From the IMG/VR virus record IMGVR_UViG_3300014836_000525: a DNA stretch of 64,000 bases. One strand, 5' to 3'. Of this stretch, positions 45,777 to 55,690 are shown piece after piece. The notes beneath the pieces were generated by a model, which saw only the letters and a program-made list of their open reading frames with translations, ran no database searches and was not told the origin of the DNA. This stretch comes from an uncultured virus (IMG/VR IMGVR_UViG_3300014836_000525) (Duplodnaviria; Heunggongvirae; Uroviricota; Caudoviricetes; Crassvirales). Within the stretch, counting starts at the first letter, position 1. Each line of letters starts with the position of its first letter. The position numbers were made by a program, and so were the translations under genes.

Positions 45777-46670
45777 TTACAAATATCGTCTATTATAGGA
45801 CCCACGGTCAAGTTCTTCTCGAGTATTTAAGTTCTCGAAGAAGTTAGCATGCCTGTTAATATTTGGGATAAGTCTAACCCATTGATTCATAAATGATTCG
45901 TACTTATCTATGCTTGGATAATTAGCACTATTTCTAGCTTGAGTGCAGTAAAATCTCCATTTGTCATCTGCAAAATTATACCCTATTCCATTCATAGATG
46001 GAGTGTATCCTCCTAATAGCATTTGCTTATAGATGTACCAGAACATAGCTTCTTTAAAACTAATGTCATCTGGTACCATTGGATAACAGTCACTATCTAT
46101 TGGAAAAGCTGTGTAACTCAAACAAACTTGGCCAGTTTCAAAAGAAGTTTTTATGTAATCTCCATCGATTACATAAGTATCTTTAGCTTTAGCAAATTGA
46201 TTGTTACAGTCTTCACAGTGTAGATGTGCTGGAAAAGTAGAAGTACCATACTGCAACGGAGTCATTGGTTGACCGGAGTTTAGGTACATATTCTCCAACA
46301 CTACTATTCTAGAATTTAAAGTACGTAGTTGATTATTAAATCCAACACTATCGTTAGGGTTAGCTTGAATAAGAGCATTTAACTCTTTTACTTGAGCTAA
46401 TAGTGCAGTTAACTCTGTACTAATTGTTGGATTAACAGCATTATTAATACCTACTTGATTGATATAGTACAAGTCTGTAGGAAGTAGTGCTTTAAAGTTT
46501 TCGATAGGTAAAACACATCCCTTCTGAGACAACTGAGGAGAAGACCCTATGTGTGAAAGAGCTTCTCCTATCCATTCAATAGCATCATCTAACCAGTTAT
46601 CTCCAGGAGGTTTTAAGTCCCTCATAACTTTTCTGATAATTGCTTTACTTGATACTAATTTGTATATCAT
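45777..46670 (-). CDS. tail ring / tubular protein
   Basis: IEWIGEAL…IKTSFETGQVCLSY.AFPID..CYPMVPD; located upstream of the muzzle gene. Confidence 0.65.
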   Translation of the reverse strand: MIYKLVSSKAIIRKVMRDLKPPGDNWLDDAIEWIGEALSHIGSSPQLSQKGCVLPIENFKALLPTDLYYINQVGINNAVNPTISTELTALLAQVKELNALIQANPNDSVGFNNQLRTLNSRIVVLENMYLNSGQPMTPLQYGTSTFPAHLHCEDCNNQFAKAKDTYVIDGDYIKTSFETGQVCLSYTAFPIDSDCYPMVPDDISFKEAMFWYIYKQMLLGGYTPSMNGIGYNFADDKWRFYCTQARNSANYPSIDKYESFMNQWVRLIPNINRHANFFENLNTREELDRGSYNRRYL

Positions 46671-47159
46671 TTAATAGGTATATTTTTTGAACCTAAGATA
46701 AGCTAAATCATCAGTTTGTAAAAGCTGTGTAAGTTTTTCTTTATTCCCTTTTACTCCTCGAGTAGGGTCGAATCTATACACACTCTTATTCTTCCGTTTA
46801 CACTTGTACTTAGTCCAGTGAAATTTACAATAAAATTTATCTGTGTAGTAAATGTGCCACTTCTGGCCTTTACCTGTGCTGCTATCATATAAAGGAACTC
46901 CCTTTTCAAGGAGCTCCTGTTTATACTTAGTAGTTTCTGCCCAATCAATAGACATTGTCCTCGGATCTCTATCAACTCGTTTGATTGCTAGTAATCCCAT
47001 GTTACTCAACATATTAAATTCTTTTCCTAGTAGTAGCTCGTCTATAATACTAGTATTAAACTCAATACATAAATCTGAAAACAGTTTAAAAGGAATGTCT
47101 TTATGATCTTTTTTAAAACTTCTGTAAATAGCTTTTAAAGTATGTGATTTGGTTTGCAT
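46671..47159 (-). CDS. IHF/HU-like DNA-binding protein (crAss type)
   Basis: EFNTSIIDELLLGKEFNM…MGLLAIKR…IDWAET; start re-assigned to the ATG at 47159, just after the upstream stop. Confidence 0.6.
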   Translation of the reverse strand: MQTKSHTLKAIYRSFKKDHKDIPFKLFSDLCIEFNTSIIDELLLGKEFNMLSNMGLLAIKRVDRDPRTMSIDWAETTKYKQELLEKGVPLYDSSTGKGQKWHIYYTDKFYCKFHWTKYKCKRKNKSVYRFDPTRGVKGNKEKLTQLLQTDDLAYLRFKKYTY

Positions 47160-47160
47160 A

Positions 47161-48030
47161 TTAAACTTCTGGCATACTTTCAGCACAGCTTCCACTATAG
47201 CATCCAGTCCTTCCTCTTTTTTGGTTTCCACGTGCTCTATCTCCACGTCTTCTTGCATCTCCAGATGCATCTATCTTTTTACGTTTTTGAGGTCTTTTAC
47301 GTTTTTTAGGTCTCATGCTAGATTCAGTAGTTTCCATTTCCATTTCCATCTCCATTTCTTCATCTTCAAATCCTCCTTCCTCTTTCTTTCTTCTACCAGC
47401 AGCTGCCATCTCTTGGAAACGAGATTTACCATATTTCTTACGACCGGCAGAAGCAGCAATAGCTTTAGCAGACTCTTCAGATTTACCTTTCTTCTTAAGT
47501 CCAGCTACCATCTTATCAAATCTACCACCACCACCTGGTTCCATAGATTTAGCTCCTCCAGTACGTTGTTGACCTGGCTTAACTGAGCTAACTAAATTAG
47601 CTGCTCCTGACATAGCTGCTCCAGCACCTGCTAAAGTTTCCCCAGCTTTAGAGCCAACTCTTGTACCAGTTGCTCTAGCTATCTCTACTTTTGTAGCTTT
47701 TTTTAAAGCTTTCCTAGCATTTCGTGGACTTGATTCTGCAAGTTTATTAGCCAACTCATAAAACTGATCTTTAGGAGCTTCAGCAGCAGGAGCTACAGTA
47801 GTTGTAGCTGGTACAGTTTTTTCTGTAGTTTCTTCTGCAGTTTCTTCTTCAGAAACCCCAGCTGTTTGATATTTTTTAATTTTATTCTTAGCTTTTTTAC
47901 CTCCCATCATTTTAGGCTTACTTCCAAAATGAATTTCCTTAGACTCTTCCATCCAAGATTCTTTCATTTTAGGCTTAGAGGATTTACCTCCTTTTTTATA
48001 CTTTGGTATCATTTTATTATTTGTTAGCAT
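47161..48030 (-). CDS. basic low-complexity protein, probably internal to the virion
   Basis: K/A/G/M-rich; KYKKGG, KYQTAG and KMMGG motifs; AKAIAASAGRKKYGK segment. Confidence 0.6.
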   Translation of the reverse strand: MLTNNKMIPKYKKGGKSSKPKMKESWMEESKEIHFGSKPKMMGGKKAKNKIKKYQTAGVSEEETAEETTEKTVPATTTVAPAAEAPKDQFYELANKLAESSPRNARKALKKATKVEIARATGTRVGSKAGETLAGAGAAMSGAANLVSSVKPGQQRTGGAKSMEPGGGGRFDKMVAGLKKKGKSEESAKAIAASAGRKKYGKSRFQEMAAAGRRKKEEGGFEDEEMEMEMEMETTESSMRPKKRKRPQKRKKIDASGDARRRGDRARGNQKRGRTGCYSGSCAESMPEV

Positions 48031-48500
48031 TTTTTACCACCCATTTTCTTTTTACCACCAGTTTTCTTAACTTTAGGAACTATATTGCCTTGGGCATCTT
48101 GCACATGAGTTCCACTAAATACTTTTTTAAGATTATCAATATTTTCAGCATCAGTGTATTTCTTTGGCTTATTTCCAAAGCCAGTTGCAGCATTTGCTTG
48201 AGCCCCAGTCATTTCACCTGTAAACACTTTACCTAAAGCTTCTTTTGGATCCATCTTAGCAGGAGGAGTTGTTATTGGACCTCCATCTAAATATTTTTTA
48301 GAAAGTTTGCCAAACTTGAGCTCTTTAGAATCTTCTAACCAACTAGATTTTTTACCACCAGTTTTTTTCATCTTTTCTTCTTTTTTAATTTTAGCCTCTT
48401 GTTTAAGCATCTCTTTAGTTGGTTGTTTACCAGAGCCTTTTTTAGCTCGGATATTATTCCATAGTGAGTTTTCAACCCCAAGTTTATTCAGCTTTCCCAT
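48024..48500 (-). CDS. basic low-complexity protein
   Basis: SLWNNIRAKKGSGK…; KKTGG twice, KYLDGG, KKMGG. Confidence 0.6.
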   Translation of the reverse strand: MGKLNKLGVENSLWNNIRAKKGSGKQPTKEMLKQEAKIKKEEKMKKTGGKKSSWLEDSKELKFGKLSKKYLDGGPITTPPAKMDPKEALGKVFTGEMTGAQANAATGFGNKPKKYTDAENIDNLKKVFSGTHVQDAQGNIVPKVKKTGGKKKMGGKKC

Positions 48501-48732
48501 GACGGTTTGTTTTAGTTGGTTTACCTTCTAACATACCTCGTTCTTTCCTAGCCTTAAGAGCTCGTTCAACATTAAACCATATAAGAGTTAAAGCTCCTAT
48601 ACAACCTAATATCCAAGTAATCGATTGAGACATCATTGCCCATGTCCAAGCTCCCCATATTAGGTTCAAGCCGGCCCATTCAAAATTATCAAATAGTTTA
48701 TCCACGTTTTTATGTAAATTAAATGCTTTCAT
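48484..48732 (-). CDS. small 2-TM membrane protein, candidate holin
   Basis: Two Trp-rich hydrophobic helices and a basic C-tail; start taken at the ATG at 48732. Confidence 0.45.
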   Translation of the reverse strand: MKAFNLHKNVDKLFDNFEWAGLNLIWGAWTWAMMSQSITWILGCIGALTLIWFNVERALKARKERGMLEGKPTKTNRHGKAE

Positions 48733-48733
48733 A

Positions 48734-49000
48734 TTACCAATTGCTACAACTTCCACAATTCCAAATTCTTAATGACTTATTAATTCGTGAGTTTGGATCA
48801 TTAGCTGTCTCTGACGAGGTTAGCTTAGATTTCATCCCACACATTCTACTACAAAAAGAGTTTCGTCGTTTCCCACCCTTTGGTTGGGGAGCTTTTAAAT
48901 TGGATCCTGGATTCTGTCTTTCATAAGACTTTCTTCCTTTTTCATTTAATCCACCTTTTGGATTTTTACCGGATTTACGTTGCCAAGATGCTGCTGCCAT
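48734..49000 (-). CDS. small basic phage protein (DUF6321-like)
   Basis: WQRKSGKNPKGGLNEKGRKSY…NLKAP…RRNSFCSRM.GMK…DPNSRINKSLR.WNC. Confidence 0.7.
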   Translation of the reverse strand: MAAASWQRKSGKNPKGGLNEKGRKSYERQNPGSNLKAPQPKGGKRRNSFCSRMCGMKSKLTSSETANDPNSRINKSLRIWNCGSCSNW

Positions 49001-49011
49001 TTCAAGTTAGT

Positions 49012-49713
49012 TTATTGTTCTTGTTGTTGAGTTGGAGGTGCCATTGGAGTTAAATCTTGTACTCTATCTGCAGATGTATCTGAGAAAGTACCTGCCAATA
49101 ATCTAAGTTCTCCGTTCATCATTCCGGCATTAATAGCTTGGACCATATCCATAGGCATTGGAAAAACATCTGAATCACTGTAACAAGGATTTCCATCACA
49201 GTCAATAAAGTCTTGTACTTCTTCTGGGTCTTCAAAAATTCCTCTTACATTAACATACTGAGCTCCTTGATGATTAACTACATAAAGATAATCCTCAATC
49301 ATATAAGCTTTTGGATTATTCTTAGTGTACTTATCATAACTAAGGTAAGCAACTTCGTATGGTTTAATTAACTGCATTCTCCCAATACCAGTAACATCCC
49401 CTACATATGTGATAGCCTCCTCAAAGTTAAACCTTACGGTCTTTGGAAGAGGCTTCACACTTCTGTAGGCAGGACAGTCAATAATTAAGTTACAACATTT
49501 AGATAAGTCAACCTTCTCAAGTTCTACACAACGTAGATCTTGTTCCAAGTGACGAGTCACAAGCCCATTACGAGCAAAGTCTCTACGAATAAAGACTGCA
49601 CGGTAATGTTTAATATTAAACTTAATTTGGTCTAGAGACAAGTTCTCATCTTGGGAACTTCGGCCTCCTCGAAACAAGTTTAATAGGTTGTAAGCAATTT
49701 CATCTAAAGTCAT
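49012..49713 (-). CDS. tail ring protein (crAss-like)
   Basis: MTLDEIAYNLL…YLYV…VNVRGIFEDP…FPMP pattern. Confidence 0.6.
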   Translation of the reverse strand: MTLDEIAYNLLNLFRGGRSSQDENLSLDQIKFNIKHYRAVFIRRDFARNGLVTRHLEQDLRCVELEKVDLSKCCNLIIDCPAYRSVKPLPKTVRFNFEEAITYVGDVTGIGRMQLIKPYEVAYLSYDKYTKNNPKAYMIEDYLYVVNHQGAQYVNVRGIFEDPEEVQDFIDCDGNPCYSDSDVFPMPMDMVQAINAGMMNGELRLLAGTFSDTSADRVQDLTPMAPPTQQQEQ

Positions 49714-49730
49714 AATTTTTACTTTATATC

Positions 49731-50162
49731 TTAACTAATAATCTTCATTAGCTTTTCTATTTGTTCAGCAGTAATGTCATCTGGTAAAATTTCTTCGTTA
49801 ATGAGTTTAAGTTCTAAAATAGCTTCTTGATTTAGTCGTACTTCGACTTCAGCAAGCTGAGCTTTTCTAGCCTCAATTACATCAACGTGTTCTGCTTCAA
49901 GAGCCTTTAAACCTTCTTCATCTTCAGCTCCAATAAATGCTTGAGCTTTCTGAGATAGTATTACAAAATCTTCAGATGGCATAGCCATAGCTTCCAGCTC
50001 TTTAAGATGCTGTTCAATTATTCCACAATTTTTTACTACAATTGTAGCATACTTAATTCCTCTTACAGCCTTCGTCTCCTGTAATGTTTGGAAGATTGTC
50101 AAGAACTCTTTGTTCGTTGCTGTTACGGGCACTCCGTACTTTTCTGTTGCTTTTAAAGACAT
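49731..50162 (-). CDS. hypothetical helical protein (possible fibre chaperone)
   Basis: Acidic helical ORF downstream of the tail fibre gene; start uncertain (50162 or 50213). Confidence 0.5.
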   Translation of the reverse strand: MSLKATEKYGVPVTATNKEFLTIFQTLQETKAVRGIKYATIVVKNCGIIEQHLKELEAMAMPSEDFVILSQKAQAFIGAEDEEGLKALEAEHVDVIEARKAQLAEVEVRLNQEAILELKLINEEILPDDITAEQIEKLMKIIS

Positions 50163-50196
50163 GATATTATTTGGTTTGTTAATATGCATTAAATTA

Positions 50197-51477
50197 TTAT
50201 TCTGCAGTAGCATATACTCTTATCCAAGCATCTACTCCGTTTATCTTAACTCGAATTGCTCCTGTCTTAGCCGCTGCTGATGCTGTCGAACTAGATAGTG
50301 AATTAGCACTAGCTGCTCCACTAGTTCCAACAAAATTAGCAAAAGATTCACCAGTATCTAATTGCTCAAGAGTTAAAGCTGGCAAATTAGCTGATGCATC
50401 CGATTGAGTTACATGTAACATTGTGTCAGGAGAACTTTCGTTTATTCCGACTCTTTTACTAGTTCCTACAATTTTCATTGCCAACTGACTAGCAGGTGTA
50501 GCATTAACTCCATAGAAGTTAATATCTCCAGAAGTGCCACTACCATCGTGAGCCCCAGCATAAAAATTAAGATTACCTCCTGTATTGGCTCCTAGTGAAG
50601 TACCACCTGCCATAGATACATCTGCACCATTACCAGCTGCTGTAGCTGATGACCCTTCAATTCTTAAAGGTCTTGGAACTGCAGAACTTGTCATTCCGAT
50701 AACTTGAGAGTTACTACCATTTAAATAAAGGTCATTATCAATGTTCACATCCCCACTATAAAATGGAGTAGCTCCAGCTGAACTAAAGAATGCTTGGTCT
50801 GAACCATTAAAAGTTTGACCTTGGCCGGCAGTTCCTGAGTTGTTTAGCCAACCAATATTATATATTGTAAATCCACCACCATCAACATCAACAGTTAGAG
50901 AATCTAATCGTGAAGCTATTGTTATTGACCCAGAACCATTAGTAATAGTAACATTAGTTCCTGCAGTTAAAGTAGCAAGTAATGGACCTAGACCAGTTCT
51001 TCCAATTGGAATTTGACCATTAGTAGCAGCTCCTAAAGCTGTAAAGGCTGAAGTACCTGCTCCTAGTAGAATCGAATTTGCAGTTAAAGTTGTTGCCCCA
51101 GTACCACCATTAGCAACAGGTAAAGTTCCTGTTACATTAGATGCTAATGCTACAGTACTTAAGAATGCTGATGTAGTATTATTACAAGTTGATAGGTCAA
51201 TGTTAGCAGGATTTACTTGTAAAGTAATGTTATTACTAGCAGTTGCTACTGTTAACAAGTTACTTAGAGACTTAATTCCTTTAAAGTTAAGTACGTTTTT
51301 ATTAGTGATACTAACAAATAATGACTCACTTGTAGTACCTAGAGTACTTAGAGTTGGAAAGAAGTCTGAAGCTAAAAACTTATAGTTAGTTGGAACAGAT
51401 GAATTAGCAATTAGTAAGAAGTCATTTGCTCCTACACTTGTTTTTGCTAATGCTGTTAATGAAGTTATTGTTGGCAT
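50197..51477 (-). CDS. tail fibre protein
   Basis: T/G/S/A-rich; GTLPVANGGTGATT, KRVGINESSP and terminal GAIRVKINGVDAWIRVY motifs typical of fibres. Confidence 0.75.
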   Translation of the reverse strand: MPTITSLTALAKTSVGANDFLLIANSSVPTNYKFLASDFFPTLSTLGTTSESLFVSITNKNVLNFKGIKSLSNLLTVATASNNITLQVNPANIDLSTCNNTTSAFLSTVALASNVTGTLPVANGGTGATTLTANSILLGAGTSAFTALGAATNGQIPIGRTGLGPLLATLTAGTNVTITNGSGSITIASRLDSLTVDVDGGGFTIYNIGWLNNSGTAGQGQTFNGSDQAFFSSAGATPFYSGDVNIDNDLYLNGSNSQVIGMTSSAVPRPLRIEGSSATAAGNGADVSMAGGTSLGANTGGNLNFYAGAHDGSGTSGDINFYGVNATPASQLAMKIVGTSKRVGINESSPDTMLHVTQSDASANLPALTLEQLDTGESFANFVGTSGAASANSLSSSTASAAAKTGAIRVKINGVDAWIRVYATAE

Positions 51478-51490
51478 TTTTTAAATATTC

Positions 51491-51937
51491 TTATTGTAAG
51501 TTTATATGGCCTCCATTCTCAAGAGTTAGCTCTACTCCTGATTCTGACATTAAGTAGTAAGTTGTTGCAGGAGGAACTGCTGGGGTTGGATCTTCTGTTA
51601 CAATACAGTCTTTGCAAAATTGAGAAGCAAAGGTTATAAAGGTTTCTAAGTGAGTTGTAGCAGGAGTTGGGGTAGAAGTAGTTGCCCCATATTTAAAACC
51701 AGCCCCTTCTTCTAAAGTGAAGATGCATTCTAATCCTCTACCACTAGTAGTATTTGATTGAGATAATAAATGAAAGATAAGTTCAAGTTTAGATAGTTCT
51801 AGATTAGAACATCTAACTCCTCCTAAGATTTTGTTTAAATAGCCAGTACCCTTAGTAGCCAAACACTCTTGAATTATCAATAAGTGTTGAGTTAAGGTTT
51901 TACCATTAATTAAAGAAGGTATCGTATCTACGGCCAT
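51491..51937 (-). CDS. putative tail hub / fibre-attachment protein
   Basis: Position; C-terminal YLMSESGVELTLENG motif seen in fibre-associated proteins. Confidence 0.45.
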   Translation of the reverse strand: MAVDTIPSLINGKTLTQHLLIIQECLATKGTGYLNKILGGVRCSNLELSKLELIFHLLSQSNTTSGRGLECIFTLEEGAGFKYGATTSTPTPATTHLETFITFASQFCKDCIVTEDPTPAVPPATTYYLMSESGVELTLENGGHINLQ

Positions 51938-51949
51938 TATTACAAAGTA

Positions 51950-52441
51950 TTAACATCCACAAGCACACGATGCTGTGCAAAACTCTTTAGCTTTCCTATA
52001 TTTAGCAACTGCATCAGCAATGTTACTTTCACTGTAAGTAACATGTTGAGCTGATTCAATCAGAAGGTGTACTTTCTCAGCAGTTCTAAGGTCTTCATCA
52101 CATCTATCACACTCACAATGGCAATCAATTGCTTGTTGCACTAAAGCTGAAATACAGCAGTTTATTTCACAACTTGAAACTGTATAGGAATACAAGTTAT
52201 TAGCTGCAACATTAATTTCAATAACTCCATTAAAGTCTTCTCCAAATTCAGCAGCAGTAATAACCCAAGTGGCAACATTACTTGCACTGATAGTTACTGT
52301 TCCAACAGTGTCGGTGTTTCCAGAGGTGCCAGTAACATGGTTATCAATAGCATATAAGTCAGTAATTAATGCTGCAGTTATTGTAGCAGTTAATACTTTA
52401 CAATCCGGGGTTATTGAAATTGATGTGATAGCAGTAGCCAT
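51950..52441 (-). CDS. Cys-rich putative tail hub protein
   Basis: CEINCC…CHCECDRC…CTASCACGC. Confidence 0.5.
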   Translation of the reverse strand: MATAITSISITPDCKVLTATITAALITDLYAIDNHVTGTSGNTDTVGTVTISASNVATWVITAAEFGEDFNGVIEINVAANNLYSYTVSSCEINCCISALVQQAIDCHCECDRCDEDLRTAEKVHLLIESAQHVTYSESNIADAVAKYRKAKEFCTASCACGC

Positions 52442-52473
52442 AATAAACTTTTAGTAAAGATATGAAAAAGTAT

Positions 52474-52505
52474 AAAAAGACAGAGGATTTCTCCCCTGTC
52501 TTTTT
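52474..52505 (-). terminator. intrinsic terminator
   Basis: On the - strand, GACAGGGGA-GAAA-TCCTCTGTC followed by TTTTT. Confidence 0.85.
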
Positions 52506-52520
52506 AATAAAAAATACTTC

Positions 52521-53549
52521 TTAGTAAGTAAAGTATGTACCAGTACCTACAGTGTAACCACCAAATACTGCATCTGCAAGAGTGTTGGCAGCAACAGCAA
52601 CTTTATGATACATTTTGATTACATTCATCTCACCTGCACGAGCAATACCCGTAGATGAAGGATGGCCGTGAAGGTAGCCTACTTCCACACAATCATAAGT
52701 GTTACCTGACACAGCATACTGTGTAAAGTCTTGTGGGAAATACATACGGTTAAAGTTACCATACTTAGCACGTTGCTTCTTTTCATCAGCCAAAACCTGC
52801 CAGTAGTTACCACATCCTGGATCAAAACCTGTTACAGTTTGAGTGTCAGCAAGAGCACGACCATCTGAGTATTGAACAGTCATGTCAAAGATTACACCTA
52901 CGTGACGAGCTTCAATGTCGATAGTAGTAGTATTGTCTGTACACTTAAATATTGCATTTAGTGTTTTGTTAGCAGCAATAGCAGCTGCAAGTTTAGTGTA
53001 GAAAGTAGCTTCTGTGTTAGCATGATCTGCTTCAGAAATTTCTACATTAAAGATCATACGACCAGCAGAGAAATTACCAACTAATGGAAATACATACCCA
53101 CCACCAGAAAGGTCAAGAGCTGTATCATTAGGACTAGAAAAAGATAGGTAATCTGTTGGAGCAGTACGAAGAGCCAAACGAACCATGATAGCATCGTCTG
53201 CTGAAGTACCTGTAAGTGTTCCAACATCCAAAGCTACTTTATGCTTTACAGAAGCTGCATATGGAGTGTACTTAATGTACTTGATATCCTTAGCTTCAAA
53301 CAGAGGAGATGCAAGTGTATTTTTTCCAGCAAGTGGAGTCTGTACAATTTGCAAAGGACCTTTTGCAGCAGTAAGGGCAGTACTCAAGTAAGCAGGACCT
53401 GAAGCTGCACCCATATCCCATACACCAATAAGTGTATTAGCAACAGTAGCAGCAGTTGTGTAAAAAGTACTGCCATCAAGCATAGTACCATTTGTAGTGT
53501 CAGAGATATCGTTTGCAACGAATACCTGACTTAAATTTGAAGGTGCCAT
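52521..53549 (-). CDS. auxiliary capsid / abundant structural protein
   Basis: 342 aa, A/T/G-rich; has its own terminator; position in the crAss-like head module. Confidence 0.55.
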   Translation of the reverse strand: MAPSNLSQVFVANDISDTTNGTMLDGSTFYTTAATVANTLIGVWDMGAASGPAYLSTALTAAKGPLQIVQTPLAGKNTLASPLFEAKDIKYIKYTPYAASVKHKVALDVGTLTGTSADDAIMVRLALRTAPTDYLSFSSPNDTALDLSGGGYVFPLVGNFSAGRMIFNVEISEADHANTEATFYTKLAAAIAANKTLNAIFKCTDNTTTIDIEARHVGVIFDMTVQYSDGRALADTQTVTGFDPGCGNYWQVLADEKKQRAKYGNFNRMYFPQDFTQYAVSGNTYDCVEVGYLHGHPSSTGIARAGEMNVIKMYHKVAVAANTLADAVFGGYTVGTGTYFTY

Positions 53550-53587
53550 TTTGTTTTAAAATTTAGGCGTTAAACACATTAATTTAA

Positions 53588-54745
53588 TTACTCACTTTCC
53601 AAATTTTCTAAGGATTGTGATTGATATCTTGGAGACTCAATGCCCTCAAGAATACTTTTTACTGCCATCTCAACTATTTCTGGATGGGTGTGTTCTGGAA
53701 GTTCACAGCCAATTCCGTTAATCTTTGAAATAGCAACAGGAGTTCTTACATATTTAATAGTCACTTTAGGGATAACAAAAGTATCGTCTGTGTGAATATC
53801 GATAAAATTTTCTTCAATTGTGTACGAAGGAGACTTGTAATCCACTCTGTTAAATGGGTCATCCTGCATGTAAATAATGTCATCGTGCTGAGCATATTTA
53901 CAAAGGCTAAGTCTAATTAGTGCATCAGGTGCTTGTCTAGTTGTATTAAGTACTTGTTTTCTTTCTGATTCAACTACATATAAAGCTGTAGCCATATTAC
54001 CATTAAGAGTCCAAGTAGTTCTAATCCAACCTCCATCTAAAAATTCCCAAACATTATTATCAGTAATAGAGACATAAAAATGGTCACTATCTAAAGTAGG
54101 GCTAATGTGAGAAGATGCATTTAAAGCACCTTCACTTGGGAAGTTAATTGATGGAATAAGTCCAAAGTTATAGTAGCTACTATCTATTAATGTGTCATGA
54201 GTTATCTCATTACCTAATCCTAGTGGATTATTAAAGATAGAGTTCCATAGTCCTGCAAATCCCCAGTCTATTCCGGTTAAAACATAACCAGCAGCTGGAG
54301 GAGTTAGTGACACTTTTATTCCGTCAAACTTACTATCAGTAGGTTCATAGTCTGGAAGCACTGATGTGTCACATCTATAATTAACTTCTGCTCGTACCGA
54401 TACCAAAAAGAGATAATCCAATGGAAGAGTGTATCTATCTACGTAAATGTTAGAGAAGCTAGATGTATAAACATAGCCTCCTAAATCATCGTAAGCAGCT
54501 CCTACATTAAAAGTGTTGCCTTGACCTTCAACTACTAATGCTCTTAAATCATCAATTCTTTTTTGAGATTGTTCAAACCCTTTACCAATTCTATTAGACA
54601 TTGGGCTATACCTCTGCTTAATAAATCTAAGCATAGCAAGGTTTAACTCATGGTCTATTTCCTGAGGTAAGAGGTTGTCAGCCTGGAAGGATGCAATCTT
54701 TTGCACCCCCAGGTTGACAGCTATATGCATTTCGTTAACAGTCAT
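53588..54745 (-). CDS. head-tail ring protein with a central inserted domain
   Basis: EIDHELN.A…GFEQSQKRIDDLRALV N-terminus and YVRTP…CELPEHTHPEIVEMAV C-terminus. Confidence 0.65.
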   Translation of the reverse strand: MTVNEMHIAVNLGVQKIASFQADNLLPQEIDHELNLAMLRFIKQRYSPMSNRIGKGFEQSQKRIDDLRALVVEGQGNTFNVGAAYDDLGGYVYTSSFSNIYVDRYTLPLDYLFLVSVRAEVNYRCDTSVLPDYEPTDSKFDGIKVSLTPPAAGYVLTGIDWGFAGLWNSIFNNPLGLGNEITHDTLIDSSYYNFGLIPSINFPSEGALNASSHISPTLDSDHFYVSITDNNVWEFLDGGWIRTTWTLNGNMATALYVVESERKQVLNTTRQAPDALIRLSLCKYAQHDDIIYMQDDPFNRVDYKSPSYTIEENFIDIHTDDTFVIPKVTIKYVRTPVAISKINGIGCELPEHTHPEIVEMAVKSILEGIESPRYQSQSLENLESE

Positions 54746-54763
54746 TAACTACTTCTTTTTGTT

Positions 54764-55573
54764 TTAACTAGCAATTTCCTTCAGACGAGCTCTCATAATG
54801 TTCACTTGTCCTGAGTTTTTCTTATTCTTGAAGTAAACAATTGTATCAGTCATGTCCTCTCCGATTGTTTCGTCTTGGAAAATAACTTGATTTCCAATTC
54901 GTCGAAGTACAGATGCTTCAATCATTTCTTCAATCTCTGCTTGAATCTCTAAGTTGCTATCTAAAGCAAACTTCAAGAATCTTGCAGGTTGTTTCTCTTT
55001 GTAGTCGTACAAGGAATTTTCAACTTCCATATCTCCAAGTTTGTCTGGATTTTCTCCAGTTAAAACTCGTAGAAGAGTTTTCATCATTTTAATATCCGAA
55101 GATATCTTAATAAACTCTTTGTCAGCATCCTTCTTAACTTGTACTTTTTCGTTCTTTTTAAGCAAGTCTCTCTGTGGATCGTAAATGTAAAATCTCTTGT
55201 CAGAGTTAATATTCATTTCGTCTTCCGTAGCAGCTACGTGCCTATGTTTTTGAGCCCATTTAAAGTAAAGGTAATCCATTACATTTTCAGGGTTCCCATT
55301 AGAGTCAAGCTCGACATTAAGTGCCACTCCTTCAAAAGGAACTTTGAGGCTTAAACTTGCCCAAAAATCCTTTGTTTTAACTGGCCAGTCGGCATGCCCT
55401 GGTGGAACGTCAATCAAAGTTTTCAAAAGTTTTTCTTCATCTAATCCATCCACTCCTTTGAGAGGAAGTCGATCTACGAACATTGAACCAATTTTAACTT
55501 TAGCTCCAGCTCTGATCTCTTTTGGTAGGTGATTTAACACCTCTTTTCGTCTGATATAAATAATCTTTGACAT
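54764..55573 (-). CDS. conserved crAss-like head-module protein following the MCP
   Basis: FWASL…P.NVMDYL…HRHVA…RFYIYDP pattern and synteny. Confidence 0.55.
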   Translation of the reverse strand: MSKIIYIRRKEVLNHLPKEIRAGAKVKIGSMFVDRLPLKGVDGLDEEKLLKTLIDVPPGHADWPVKTKDFWASLSLKVPFEGVALNVELDSNGNPENVMDYLYFKWAQKHRHVAATEDEMNINSDKRFYIYDPQRDLLKKNEKVQVKKDADKEFIKISSDIKMMKTLLRVLTGENPDKLGDMEVENSLYDYKEKQPARFLKFALDSNLEIQAEIEEMIEASVLRRIGNQVIFQDETIGEDMTDTIVYFKNKKNSGQVNIMRARLKEIAS

Positions 55574-55640
55574 AATTGTTCTTTTTGTGACTTCTGGAGA
55601 AGAATAACCAGGGGTTAATTAGCAGTCTATTTTATAGTTT

Positions 55641-55671
55641 AAAAGAGGAGGATTTTACTCCCCCTCTTTTT
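55641..55671 (-). terminator. intrinsic terminator after the MCP gene
   Basis: On the - strand, AAGAGGGGGA-GTAAAA-TCCTCCTCTTTT. Confidence 0.8.
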
Positions 55672-55690
55672 ATTGCAAACCAAACACAAC

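Noticed and set aside
47160..47270. N-terminal extension of the IHF-like ORF
   Set aside because: It overlaps the upstream basic protein; the ATG at 47159 fits better
48698..48706. Near DnaA box TTATCCACG
   Set aside because: Single mismatched copy inside a CDS, expected by chance
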